From Phoronis australis (Eukaryota > Animalia > Phoronida), in NCBI GenBank assembly GCA_002633005.1, contig NMRA01000729.1, positions 62,001 through 126,000 of the forward strand: 64,000 nucleotides of DNA. The letters run 5' to 3'. Shown here piece after piece: positions 13,458 through 26,595 of the stretch (the stretch's first letter is position 1; the number at the start of each line of letters is the position of its first letter). Made by a program: the position numbers and the translations under genes. The notes beneath the pieces are model-generated. The model was not told the DNA's origin. It saw only the letters and a list, made by a program, of their open reading frames with translations, and did not search any database.

Positions 13458-14857
13458 ATGTAAATTATAGTCTTGAACAAATAATTTTTCTTGAACTATT
13501 TACATTTTCACTATTTTTGCCCGAATCTGTGAGCAACTCTCGAAATGCTGATTTTTGCGTTAGATTTGTAAATCGGTATTTTTCCTATTATTTACGAATG
13601 TTTATTGGCACCGTTTGAAACAACGACAACACAGTAGTACAAAAATTGTGGGACACGACTGGTTAAATAAAAACTTTATTTACACATGCTTTAAATGAAC
13701 ATATCTTCGGATTTTCGCTGGCTCCGAAATACTTTTCCTCGAAAACTTATTTTTTCATCGTCACCATTACAAATTCTCACATCATGAACGCATAATTCTC
13801 TGCTGAAAAGCATCACATGTTGTTTTTGTTTTCAAATAGTACAAAAACCACTCTTCGATTCCAGCAGGAACATCGTTTACCGACAGTGTATTTGCCTCTG
13901 ACATCTTGTTTGTTTGTCGGGTGTCACGTGACTTTTTGTTTAGCCCGTCTATTTTTTTCTTAACCGAAATAACAGAGGTTTGAACGTAATCACATTAGGT
14001 TATGCAGGACCCTAAAAAAATTTCAAATTTGGCTAATTTCAGAACATCATATCTCAAAAAGGGCGGATTGGATTCATAGAAAATGTTCGGGTACTATTCT
14101 TGTACAATGTTGGTTTTGAAGTATTTCACTTTTGCATTATTGTTTATCTAATCCTTTAAGTAGCATAAAACGAAAATGAAATGGTATTTTACAAACCTGT
14201 AACAGCGCTTTTTGAATACAAATAAAATGTTATCATCTCATTGATTCCGTGGTTTTATCATCAATGTTTCTTTCTCATTTGAAACATTTTACTAAAATGA
14301 CATGTTCACGTGACCCAATTAATAAAAAGTGAGAAATCTAATCATGTTTTCTACATTCAGAAATATATACTTTTATTGAGCTAAAATTTACAGTTTTCTA
14401 GTTATTTCGCTGAATGCTTTCAGACTTGTCGATGTGCATGTCTTCTTGTCTCGTGACCTACGCAACATAACTATGAACATCAGGGTCCAGTACGTTGCAT
14501 TAAAGTTACACGCGTATAACAACAATGACGTCGCATTATCACGCGTCACGTTGTTATTGTTGAACAATGCACCTGACGTAATGCAACAATCAAACTTATC
14601 CAAAGGATAACTTTTGAAGCTTTATACAACTCATCCCAGGTCTGAAAAGTTCCTTTGTCATGCAAGCAATTAGTGTCTACCATTGAAAAGAACTGATGAG
14701 GGTAAAGGCGTCAAAATGTGAGACTGCGAATATCATTTGAATGGCCTTCTGCATGATTTTCGACAAATATGACAAGGAATTAAGTGATTATCGTGCATTC
14801 TAGGGCTACATGGAGTGTAGATTTCTCATGAAATTGCGAAACACTTCTTACAACGCC

Positions 14858-15022
14858 TTATATATTATATATGTTGAAAATGGATGAAAAATATGTATAA
14901 AAGTATAATATATAAATATAAATATATGCATATACATATACATATACATTATATATATACATATACATATATATATATACATATACATATATATATATAT
15001 TTATATATATATATATATATAT
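14858..15022. repeat. (TA)n/(TACA)n microsatellite near the centre of the inverted duplication
   Basis: tatatatac atatacatat... tract. Confidence 0.9.
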
Positions 15023-15391
15023 TAAGTACAATAAATATACATACCGATACCCAGAAAGAGCCAAGAGGCATTGTAACTGAGTTAAATACGTACAAAGAAG
15101 TTATTTTACATGTACATGTATACAATTTTATCGACTCACACAAAGAGACTCAACATTAGAAAAAAATGTTCATACTAAAACCTTATTTTCACGTGCGTCG
15201 AGTTCTTTACATCCATTTAGAAAACAATAATTTTATTATACATATGAGGAATATCTGAATATTTTTGTGAAGATTGGGTTCGAAAATCTGGAAAAGCTGT
15301 ACCCTCAGCCCCCCCCCCGCTTACCGTACAAGCAAAGGAAATATGAGCACGTCGATGACTGTTGCATCGCGGGTTTCTTTAAGTAGAAAAN

Positions 15392-15438
15392 TGTGTGTGT
15401 GTGTGCGTGTGTGCGTGTGTGCGTCTGTGTGCGCGCGC
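15392..15438. repeat. (TG)n microsatellite
   Basis: tgtgtgtgtgtgtgcgtgtgtgcg. Confidence 0.9.
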
Positions 15439-15499
15439 TACAAGAGCAATCAAATGGTTTGTTTAGCTTCATATTATTAAGTTTTAATTTCAAATCGAA

Positions 15500-17200
15500 A
15501 CATTATCTTGATATCCATCTGTGTGGAGTTGTACGATTACAACAGCACAGGAACTAAGAACTTGTGAGCGCGTTCTTGGAGATACGCCCATATTAAGACT
15601 GGAACTAGCTTCAGGGTCAATTTTGACAACAAGACCTATGTAGCAGGAAAAAATGTCTTCCGAGCCCGTTGTACTATACGAATGAATCAGAACGCTAGCA
15701 TGAAAGCCCGTTATTCAACTGGAGTTCCCAGATGCTCAATTCAAAGGTACGCTGGTCAGAAACACAGTTGAGAACGTTTTGTTTACTCTGAGTCTAAATG
15801 CTCGTCCCGAATTACACAGCGACATTTGAACGCAACCTCGTCCCCAAACCTCAAGATGGCGCTGATCGGTTTAGCCATATCGAGGCTTTGTCATGGTGAA
15901 TAACTTCTGGGCAATGACTGGCTGCTGCCTTGACGTCATTAAAAGAAAGGCGGGTTTTAATTATTTCCACAGGCTATTCATGAAGCAGAAGGCATTGTTT
16001 CGGTTATTGTTTGAAAAAAGGTTGTTGGCGTACTTATTTGGAATTCTTTTTTATTAATAGTATCATAGAAATTAATCAGTTTTCGAATAAAACTACATCA
16101 TTTTTGTAATAATTTACAGTTAAATTTGGTTTGCTTTCATTTTAATATTATACAGTTGGTGTAATTTTATATTACTCAGCGATTTCCTTATCAATGTGTC
16201 ATAATTCTGACAAAATTTATTTTCCATAAACAAGCCTAAAATGGCACTTGTTCGTTCCCTGAAATTCACATGTTCAAGAAATTTGAATCCCAGAAAATTG
16301 TGGTTGTGCCTTTTCGGAGTGCCTCTTTCTACTGTCGCTGATTTTTGTTTACGTTGCTGTCTTGTATTCATAAAGTACATGTATGAAGAACACACCAATT
16401 AAATCGGCCAGATTTACAGCAGGTCTACTGTACAAACGAAATAGTTGCTGCTACACCACTTGCATGACAATGCTAAAAATTGTTCATAGTCCGCCATTTT
16501 CTCAATTTGTTATGAAGCTAAAGCAATATTTGCCGAAATTACATCAACCAGTGATAAAGCGCGCGCTATTGAATGGTATCTGCGTGTGATCTCTACACGC
16601 CGGGAACCAGCAAGAAAATGGCTAAACCGAGCAGCGCCATCTTGAGGCTGCAGTCCATTGTCGCCGGGTTTACCCACAATGCCGCAATATCTGTTAAGCC
16701 CTTTTGTATCTTCGCGATTTTTGCGTCATTGGAGTACAAGTGTTCTTTGTTGATTTCCCATTCTTTACAAGTTTTTCTCGACTACCTTACTTTGTACATC
16801 CTCCCAATACCGCTGCTTTGCTTTGGCTTCAACCCTGACGGAAGTCGGAAAAAGTACACGTACCCGAGGATGCGACACAATGCGTTCTTCACCTGCCCAA
16901 CATCAATCAGAGAAAACAAAATGCAGAACTAGCGGATAATACAGGTTCGTCGATTTAACTTTGAGCCAAACAGAATCTACTTCTTAAAGATACCCTTTCA
17001 GTCCCTTTAATTTTGAATAGTTGAAATATTTCTTCTGTAATATTCCTCGCCAGTTTCGGGCATCACCAGCCAAAATGCTCCAGACATTCCAAAAATGAGA
17101 CACACGCTTTCTTACCTTCGGGACAAAGGATAGTTCTGTAGCTGTCTTATCCGGCACAGCCCTTGTGCCGTATTCGATGGAAACCTTCACAGATTACCAC
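15500..17200 (-). pseudogene. Decayed ORF Y, copy B, split by a TIR element
   Basis: Minus strand reads DKTATELSFVPKVRKRVSHFW...FSLIDVGQVKNALCRILGYVYFF...CKEWEINKEHLY...KIQKGLTDIAALWVNPAT|FKCRCVIRDEHLD...LSSCAVVIVQLHTDG. The two sides of the insertion (15808-15830 and 16659-16684) are contiguous in copy C at 32822-32870. Confidence 0.6.
15833..16655. mobile_element. Non-autonomous TIR DNA element
   Basis: cctcaagatggcgctgatcggtttagccat (15849-15878) is inverted at 16618-16647 with 1 mismatch; internal 16230-16615 matches 62210-62596 directly. Confidence 0.75.
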
Positions 17201-20200
17201 AATACGCCTCACTACGTCATACATAACGCGCATAGATTTGGCCATGAGTGAAACGGAAATCGTAACATAATCGAACGTGCTATATTTCAAAGACAAATCG
17301 CATTGTGCGGCACCTGTCTACTTTACCTGATAAGCTGAACAGCAAAGACGTGCGCAAAAATCTTATACGACAGTGCCACTGCCCATGATGCAGGCTATCG
17401 TAGTCGTGAGTTTAAATCACTGCACTAGTTTAACTTCTTGTTTGCGAATAGAGCACTAAGTAACATGAACCAAATACTTTAAACGTCCGCATTTCTAGCT
17501 GCCAACTGTCTAAAGAATCATTATGAAAAATTGTGTGCTGAGTTTTGGATGGGTTTGACTACTCTGGCCACCCAACCCTAGCAGGGATTTTGTTTCATTT
17601 TCGCATTTTTGCAAAATATCGCTGCATTCTGAATTTTTACTGAAACATGCAATGGCATCAAACAGCACCAAATTATAATACGTAAAGATGTATAATTTTG
17701 GATAAATGCCTGACTAAATTATCCACAGCGAGTGTGAGGGATCCAAATTCTAAAACTTTTGTCTTTATACGGTAGAACTCTTTTGAATCATTAACATCTT
17801 TCTTGTCAGACGGCGTTAAACAACAAACATTAAACAAAAGCGTCGCCATTTTATAACATCATTATAGTGGCTAATTCACGTACTTTGTTCAAACCAGCAA
17901 AATTAAACAAAAGTAACTTTTTAAAATCTGAAGCTCATGCCACAACATCTGTGAGCCATGCAGATCAGCATATTAACCACGTCATTTCTGAAACACAGTT
18001 ACTACATTTGACCCGATGTAATTTATCTTAGAAAAGTGGCACAAGACTGCAAAATCTGGCCACGTCATCCGTCGCTATTACACGATGTGTGCAGCCACCT
18101 CGTTTGGCATTACTGAACATACTTGCATGTACATGTATTTAACGATTTTTTCTCTTGAAACTACAATTTGCCCCGTTTAGCTGACTAAAAAAGAGAATTT
18201 TTATTAGGCCTTATTACTCATATGAAACCAGTCTCGATATTTTCGTTATTGTGGCATGACAATTTCCGTTACCAAAACTAATACCGAAACCATTAGAAAC
18301 TTAAAAAAACTTTTCAGAATTTATTTGTATTGGACAAACTTAAAATTGCGAAAACGAAAACGGCGCACATGGGCTTTGTTTGTGTCTAGAGTCGTTGACA
18401 ACATTTTAAGATTGTAAGAGTCCTCGCGAGATCTTACTCGCAAAAAACGTTCCTACCGAACGCTCTTCGGTTACTGCTGAGAACAAACATAATAATTAGC
18501 GACAGTTTCACCTCGTTCAGTAGCTGTCTCGTCAAAATGAAAAATCTAGCCAAAATATCGCGCTCTTGTTGAAATTACAAGTTGTCTTTGGCAGAATCTC
18601 GTGATGTCTTACTTTTCTAGCGAGGTACTAGCATCATTGAGCTCTACCCAGGTTGACAACGATTAATAGGGTGGTGAGAAACTGATAAGCTGTGCTGGGC
18701 TAACAGAAGTGGAGTGTTCATGTTTTATTGACGAATCGTCACTGAAGATGTTCCATCAGTGGAAAAAACGGCACTATTGATTTGCATATATGTTGTGATG
18801 CGAGTGAATGTCGCATACAGCGTGTTTTTCATTAGTTCACTCAATACTCAATTACCCGAGGTGAGATGAAAATGCAGAAAACTGAGAGAGAATTAGTTGC
18901 GCAAAATCCGGACCCCTATAAGTGACCATTACCGAAACCTGGAAGGCAATACCAGGAAAGCATCAGTGTTTGGGGCATTTTAACGTGTTTTCAAATGTGA
19001 CTGCATATTAGTGGGGTGCATGTTTCCTCGACAAAAGACACCGGCATGTAGGTACCATTGCATCGGCTTCTTATGTTTACCGCTGGGTGCCACTGTGTAT
19101 AATGTAACGTCATAGAATGTGTCTCTCTTTGACCATTTCTTCGTTTTCTACCGCATTATCCAAGTGATTCCGACGACACGGTGTAAGTACCTTGAATTTT
19201 TGGTTTCAGAACAGAAACGTTTACGTCTCGACCTGACACCTATTTAGCCTAGTTATTCTGAACTCAGATATTATTTCTAAGCTAATTACGGAATAAAAAA
19301 CGATTTTATTCCGATTATTGACTTAAAGTAGTTTTTTTACAGAAAGCAGGACTGAATGACACTTTATCATATAATTCAAAAGCCTTTCGAAAAACCTCCA
19401 GACACAGTTTTTTGAGAGGGAGGTAGTCAATGTAAGATAACGGAGAGCAGCACTGGTGCAGCCCATCGTTAAAATATGTTTTGTGCTTTTCAGTTGGAAA
19501 TTGCGACTTATCATAACGTCTATTAGGAATTCACAAAAATTGCATCCTTAAAAGAACGACCCAGTAAGAAAACCCACTCAAAAGGAAAAAAATTCACAAA
19601 AAAGATTTTGGAAAGTTTTTGGTAACTTTTAAGAAATATCTGCTCATGACATCGGAATTTAAAATCAATTGTTCATTTCATCAATTAATATGAACTTTTA
19701 GACTGAATTTTTGCCTTTGCGACCATGAAGATGCTGTTGGTTCAAAAATGTAATTGTTCATACTAGTTGTTGTATTAGTGCAGTTACGAAACACGTTTTC
19801 ACAATTATGAAATATTGTTCTAATATTTTTCACATGGTTTGCAGTTATGCCTAGCATTAGAATGTAACTTGTTTCCGACAGAACGCCATTTTCCATCTAG
19901 GCTTTTCAAAAAAAACACCGGACATTTCGGAAATTAAAGCCGTTGTTGCTTTAAATTAAAATAGAAAAATCGATTACGTAAAAGACAAAAAGATCGACTG
20001 AATAATCATATACACTCAGGTCATTTCACCTGTTGCTCAATGGCACGCGACCTAAATAACTGACATCTAAAAAGGAAGTCTATGTACGACACTCTATTTG
20101 ACTTCAGCGCCATCTATACAACAACGCTGCACTTGGGTGCGCGTTTCGGAATTTCCAGCAGCGTGCATTGAATTTAACATTTTCACAGTTAGGCCATTAA

Positions 20201-20697
20201 CACATTTCATTGATTATTGTAATTTATTACATTTGTGGGTAAGGTTTCACTCTTTTTAATGGCTCCAATCATTATTTTATCACTTGAACAGTGAGTCCGT
20301 AATTATTTTAAAAAATAGCCAAAAATTTGTTGATTTGGCATTTGTCCTTTCCTCATGATTTCCTACCTAAACTCGTTAAACTCAGTTGAGTCTAATAGAC
20401 CATCGTATTCGCCACCATATTCCTGCAGTGCTTATCTCTGAGGCCATTTCAGTAAATGGTTTTTGAATTCAACTCACATTCAACTCACAGTGTTCTTAGA
20501 CTACAGGACACCTACTATAACATCAAAACTTGTCGTTTCAGGTTTGATGCTACGTCACACCACCACATCAACACCTTATGGATGTGATAAACAATTCGGA
20601 GAGGGGTCTGACCGAAGGTATAAGTCTTTGAACAATAATTAATTCTACAATTGCGGTGGTTTTATTGTCTTGCGTTTCCAAAACACGCACGTAAAAC

Positions 20698-21483
20698 GGA
20701 TTGTTCTCAGCCCCCTTCGACAGCCTCTAACCGCACACCCCACGACCTCCTCCACCCACGACCTCCACGACCCACGACCCCCTCGATCCACATCATACCA
20801 CCTTCTCAATCCAGTCTACACATGCTCAACGCGATCTGAACATAAAACAAGCACTGAATTGCATGACCAACCAGTCGGCCCGTGAGCTCGGACAGCGTTT
20901 CTCTGTTTTTTTTTTTCGCAATTAAGAGAGTCTATTCGGCAAGTTAGAAACCGAAAACAGAAAAAAAAACAAAGCGATCACATCAAATCAAAGACCTACC
21001 AAACGTTACAAATGTCGTTCCCGGCAAAACTCTTCAGTGAATGGCAGGTTCAAGATTTTTTGGGAGAGTGCGACGGATATGTAATTTCTTCAGTAAATAC
21101 AGTTCGAAAAAACAATTTGTTAACCAAAAAGTATTCCAACGTTACATGGAGTATATTGTAAACGAGTATACAACAGAAAGCAAATGATAAGTTGTGAAAC
21201 TATGTCCATTCACGTTAACGTTCTTTCTCCTTTAATTTAGTAGAACAGAAACATTTACGTGACAACAATAGCACGCTCATTTACTATGGTTTAGGTCATG
21301 TTCTTTCTGTTTTTAGCCACCAAGCTTGAGCCATATCTGATTCGCGTGCAGGTAAATCGGCGATGTAATATGATTATGAAATGTGCTACTGTAAAAAGCG
21401 CACGGCTACTGTATATCTATTGCCACAGGTCGTGAGTCGTTGGGGTTGTAGGTCGACGGGGTCGAGGGGGCTTAGAACAATCC
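20698..21483. mobile_element. MITE with G-start TIRs (Mutator-like?)
   Basis: Left end ggattgttctcagcccccttcgac vs reverse complement of the right end ggattgttctaagccccctcgac; cacgacc subterminal repeats; flanks cacgtaaaac/cacgtatcaa look like an eroded TSD; empty site in the left arm at about 590. Confidence 0.7.
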
Positions 21484-21517
21484 CACGTATCAATGAAAAT
21501 TACGATTGTTTGTGTAT

Positions 21518-23998
21518 TAGGCCATAGTCCCAGACCTTCCATCTTTCACATCCTTGGCTACTTCATGGGGTTGTGGGAACTTTGGATCAAATCCTTCTCT
21601 AGATGTTCAAATCATTTTCAGCACTTTTCAAGAATGCACTTCCACTCATTGTAAGAATCTTAGTTTAAAAGTTGGAAAAACAAGCCTCAAATGTTTTATA
21701 GCCACTAGGTACTAGTGCACTATGATCAAAACAGCCAATGAAATGACAGGAAAGTAATGTGTACGGTCATTTCTAAGATGTCTGCTTCCTGCAGAGAAGA
21801 TGAATTAATGTATGAGTGTCCTATTTTCAATATCAAGATTTTAGGTCACATTTTGGTGTCCCAAATTTTGGAGGTTGTCCCGAACTGGAGAATTTTTAGT
21901 GTAGACTCAAAAATTTTTTTTCTTATCCTTAACGCACCCTCTAAAACAGCGCGTAGGAATAAACTTTTGTTGTGCCGTAAACGTTTTTCAATTTTACAGA
22001 AAACTACTTCCAAAATGAAGCTCTTCAATTTTTCAAAGGCTCAACTACATTGATAGAGATTTTCCAAAGTTTACCATGATTACTGCTGTACAGTGGTTGC
22101 AGTGATGCTTAAGGTTTACTTTTATTGAGATAATAAACATTAGTGAAGCAACTGACCAAGAGACATGATTAAAAGACACACGACATTTCAAAACATACTT
22201 GCTTCATTCTCAAGTGGAAATAAAATGACTCAGTAATGCCACCACAGGGCATAAGCTGGAAACATACACAGTGGGATACGGCAGGTGTGAGGTACTGCAG
22301 GAATGACAAATGAAGGGGCATAACAGGAAAGTCACCCAAACAAGAGTAACGTGCGGTGCTACCCTGTTTGCTGCTCATTCAAAACTGGCTTCTCAAATGC
22401 AATCAAAAGGGACTCACATCACGTGCTCTACGTACCGAATTGACGGGTGATTTTACGCTCGTGGCATTGCAGAAAATGTTCTTGGATGGTGCCACCTATG
22501 TACATGTATATATAAATATTTCACCCGCAGAAGCCTGTGTCATGTCATCCGCGTATTAATAAGCGATAATGAAGACGCCGGTGTTCATAGTATTCAGAAA
22601 CTCACATTTGATCATGAAAAAGCAGACACGCATTTATTACTGCAGGGTCATCATCCTAAAGACAGTCACTTTTTAATTATCTTCAAAAGCCTGGACACAG
22701 ATATAATGGTTTTGGGTTTGACTCATGCAGCAAACATTTCTGCATCTCTCAAGATGTTACCAGGAATAACTTCAGAGTAATTGAATGAAGTTCAACCAAT
22801 TTTACTCATAACTGCATGTTCACAGGAACGGTGAGCAAGTTAGTGCTCAAGGTCAAAAGTCTTTAGTTGTTGTTGAGCAGTCGTTCCAGAGTTGGGTTCC
22901 ACATTTGAGTTTCTTGATCAACTCGTGGAGCACACTGAACCCTTTGTATGTAAGCTCTACGTTGACTCATCATCAACAGTTAACGAAGGTCGATACCGCA
23001 ACTTCAGGTTGAAATCAGTGATGGAACCCCCTCATCTCCTATCATGACTATTTGCTGTTACATGCCAAAACAAGCAAACTGTCAATGTGCGATTCATATA
23101 CGAGCCTCGCAATAATAATGCGTTGGCTGTTGGAATACGGTAGTGTGAAATTTCACTGGATGACTCTGCCATTAACCCCAGAACAAGTCATTGAAAAGTG
23201 TTTTCAACGAAAATAAGTCTAAAAAGTGGCAGGTTCAAAAGTATGGCATTGCTCTTGTTTAAAGTTAGGCACGCCATGCTCGGAGAGTGAGTAACAGGGA
23301 GTCCCAAAAACATTTTGCTGACGATCATCATGACGATGTTGATGAAGCCACTTAATAAGTGTGTGTTGCGTTGTTAAATATCTTAAAAACTATAACACTA
23401 TGGGAAACCTTGACAGACTGGTGTGCTCATTTTGTGCTCAATGTGACTGTCATAGTTGCATTTAGTGACTCCCCGCGCCGGTTGACAATGTACGACAATG
23501 TCAGTGGATAATGAGAATTATGCCAATACTATAATGAAAGTGATGAAGAATAAATTCAATGAAGAAGCATTGGAAATGTTAAGTTATCCATATTTTGTTT
23601 TATATACCAAGTCTTTATCAAGTTCCAAATGGCTAAAAATATTGTTCTTTTGATATGACCTAAAACCACAATAATGTGTCGGTCAATAGGTGATGCTGCT
23701 AAAAATTATTTTTCTCTTTTAACACTTCTTTAACTTATTTCATAATTTTTTCACTTTTCTTTACTTTTCTTTTCTTTTCTTTTCTTGTCTAGTAACTTGC
23801 AATGAACAAAATCAAATCATTTAGCTTTGCTCTGTTTCAATGTTTTTGGGGAAAATTTTGCAAAATGCCTATTTTTAAGGTCAACTTCTCTAAAACGTGC
23901 AATTCATGACACCAAAACCATCAAAGTTATATTTCCTTCCAAAAGTAGCCACGGAAGTGATTTTCTAGGCTTCTTGCAGTTAAATGGGCTATGGCTAA
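21518..23998 (+). mobile_element. Internally deleted AcademX-like DNA transposon (XPG/FEN1-like domain plus Cys-rich C-terminus)
   Basis: Termini TAGGCCATAGTCCCA...TGGGCTATGGCTAA. The 3-bp TSD TAT matches the empty site gggTATgcac in the left arm. Decayed coding: DHEKADTHLLL...IIFKSLDTDIMVLGL (22600-22740), EPFVCKLY...VNEGRYRNF, HWMTLPLTPEQVIE and CSCLKLGTPC. Confidence 0.75.
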
Positions 23999-25999
23999 TA
24001 TGCACAATCTGGTAAAGCCGCTTGTGATTAAATACATTGTTGACTGGATGGAGCACAAGGTGTATGAAACATCTAACACAGTGTCGCACAGAGCTTTTTG
24101 TTGTCAACACGCCTGCGTCACCACATGTCAGAACTCGCAAGTATACAGGCCAATCCAGACCATGCAATAATGTATCGCCTGTAGTGTTAATCAGCCGGTA
24201 AAAATCAACAGTTTTAAGTTTGATGGCAAAGTCATGTTTGAAGAAGGCAACCATGCTCGAATCACTTATAGTGACCTTCCCTGAAAGCTTAAGGGAATTG
24301 TCAACCTAATATGCACCTTTGTCATGGTAACCACATATTCCGCCAGTCAAATTATCAATTCCAGACAACCTTGTCCTGAGTGCGTGCTGCAAGTTAGTGG
24401 AGGTGCTAATCTAACTTTCGCATAGTTACCATGGCGACCAGGCAGTTTCACGGTCAAGATCACCAAGTGTAGATTTGAAAGCGGTCATGGCAAACATTCT
24501 TAAAGTTAAATCAATTTTGCAATTCCGTAAAATTAAAAGAGTGACTAAGCTAATGGTAACCAGGTATTTGGAATTGAACGCTATAATAAGCTCCACACGC
24601 TACATGTCAATTAAATATTGAAGACATTGAACTACATCAAAGATGAACCAAAACCAATGGGACACTTTTGAAATCCAAAACCAGTTGCCAAGGCAGGTCA
24701 TTTACACAAACATACAAATAGCAGTTGATAAATCCACATACAATTTACCCTAATGCTATAGAGGCGCACCAAGGCTTTATAGATGGCTTGCCAAAACCAT
24801 TATTTGAAAATCCAAAAATGGTTACCATGGCAACTAATGGGAATAGATCCATCAGCTGCTTCTTCAAGAACGTAACTGTACAGTGCACCAAACACCTACC
24901 GCAGATTGAAAATAAATGAAGCAAATTAATGCTTTTGTTCGTCTTTACTAAAGGATGTCATAATTACCTACAGTAGTGGGATGACTTTAAAAATCAAATA
25001 TTAACAGAGTTGTCATAACAACGGAGATGCATATTCATCGCAGGCATTCAAAGCAAGGCTTGTGGCAATGCTAGAGAATGGTCACAATATTTTTGTGGAA
25101 AGCGGCGGAAGAGGTTTTGGCGCAAAGTTTTCTAAGACATTTCTTACCATGCTATAAAGAGAAGTTGATTTGTTCAGATGTATTGCTATTACTTGTGCAA
25201 AGCAGGTGCAGCACATGATGCGGGACAAAGCAATAAAAGGTGACTTCATGCAAGAAACCACGCTACGTATGGTCCACCTGAACTTTTAACGTTTTACAAC
25301 GCTGTTGTCCATCACTTGCTGTACTCTCCGGCTAACCTGAAACTATGGGAAAACAGCTATTGGAAATAATTTTGTAAATTTGTAAATTTGAGCTTGGACA
25401 CTCCACAAACACTGATCAGTGATTGTTTTAGGTGATTGTTAATGGAGTCGTTTGCTTTTAACATGACTGTCATCAAAACTTTCTTTAGAAAACTTGGTGC
25501 CATGAATTAAGTCAAATTATGACTCGAGCTATAGCAAACTCCTAGTTCTCGCCCAAGTAATCCCTTCTAATCTGAATAACGAACTACTTGAGGCCATCTT
25601 AATTGAAATTTATTTTTGACTATCAGTTTTATAATAACCTTGACTCTCTTGTGGCGCGCAGTTTTCTACGTCATATTGACACGTTTTGTTTCTACTGTAA
25701 AAACTCCTCCAGTATCTCTTTCAAGCTTCACTTGTCCGCTGCAAGAATGTGACGAAAACGTGTGGGGAACGTACTTGTACTGTTGGGTAAGTGGCAATTT
25801 TTATCTTTTCACGGACAACCAAATTTCGTGCATGCGCACGCTTGAAAAAAGATTTATGAGACATCTTTTATTCTGGCTGACAGGATATACGGAATAAATG
25901 TGCAGAATAACGTTCTGTGGCTTTGGCTTCTAGAGCGAAAATAAAATATCGCAAAACCACGCGAGTGAAACGTGAATGTATTGCGAGTATGCTCAGGAG

Positions 26000-26595
26000 G
26001 CAGAATGGTGAATGTTGGCCAATTCCCCTTTTGTCCACTGACGTCACAAGCATACTGGCGCCCCCAGTGGAGGCCCTGAGAACTCGTAAATAAACCGAGT
26101 TCATGAACCCGGTAGTATCCAGCCTAGCCGAGCCAAGCTGGCGAACAGACTTGTATTTATTGTGGGACGTTGAGTATCGCTTTTTTCTAAAAACATAATG
26201 CATGGTATATAATAATGAATGGTGTATAGTACCAATTAATTATGATTGAAAGATTCCTTTTTAGTCGAGCGTAAACGAGGCTATTTCGCGTGGGGTTAAA
26301 ACTTTGGCTTTGCCGGCGTACAGAAGAACAGTTGGATCGTGTTGCAGGATAGCTAGAATGAATATTCCAATTTTCTTAATTTATTGGAACAATATTGATT
26401 TTCTGAGAAGTATGACATGCAACATTATTTAAAAAACACACTAAAACATAGCGACTCTGGAAAAATCATAAAAAATACTTTAACCACAGTCGCCAACATG
26501 CTTGTTTACGAGTTCTCAGGGCCTCCACTGGGGGCGCCAGTATGCTTGTGACGTCAGTGGACAAAAGGGGAATTGGCCAACATTCACCATTCTGC
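26000..26595. mobile_element. Young Mutator-like MITE
   Basis: Perfect 91-bp TIRs (26000-26090 and 26505-26595) and a perfect 9-bp TSD gctcaggag (25991-25999, 26596-26604). Confidence 0.95.

Larger units (their letters stand above)
1..13460 (-). repeat. Left arm of large diverged inverted duplication
   Basis: Reverse-complement matches seen by eye: 1-570 vs 23999-24490, 600-935 vs 20350-20697, 1005-2640 vs 18770-20345 and 6140-6740 vs 17790-18415. Weaker matches: about 11250-11360 vs 17600-17680 and 12400-13460 vs 15500-17200. Confidence 0.8.
15500..24490 (+). repeat. Right arm of large diverged inverted duplication
   Basis: See left arm; colinear in reverse order once arm-specific TE insertions are removed. 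Confidence 0.8.
20470..24490 (+). pseudogene. Decayed ORF X, copy B, interrupted by two DNA transposons (pieces 20470-20697, 21484-21517, 23999-24490)
   Basis: TITSKLVVSGLMLRHTTTSTPYGCDKQFGEGSDRRYKSL...HNLVKPLVIKY...AFCCQHACVTTCQNSQVYRPIQTMQ*CIAC...KINSFKFDG...CVLQVSGGANLTF...GSFTVKITK. Confidence 0.65.

Noticed and set aside
14858-15159. Tyr/Ile/His-rich ORFs
   Set aside because: Translations of (TA)n
26054-26070. CTCF-like motif in the MITE TIR (ccactgggggcgc on the reverse strand)
   Set aside because: One base short of the core consensus spacing
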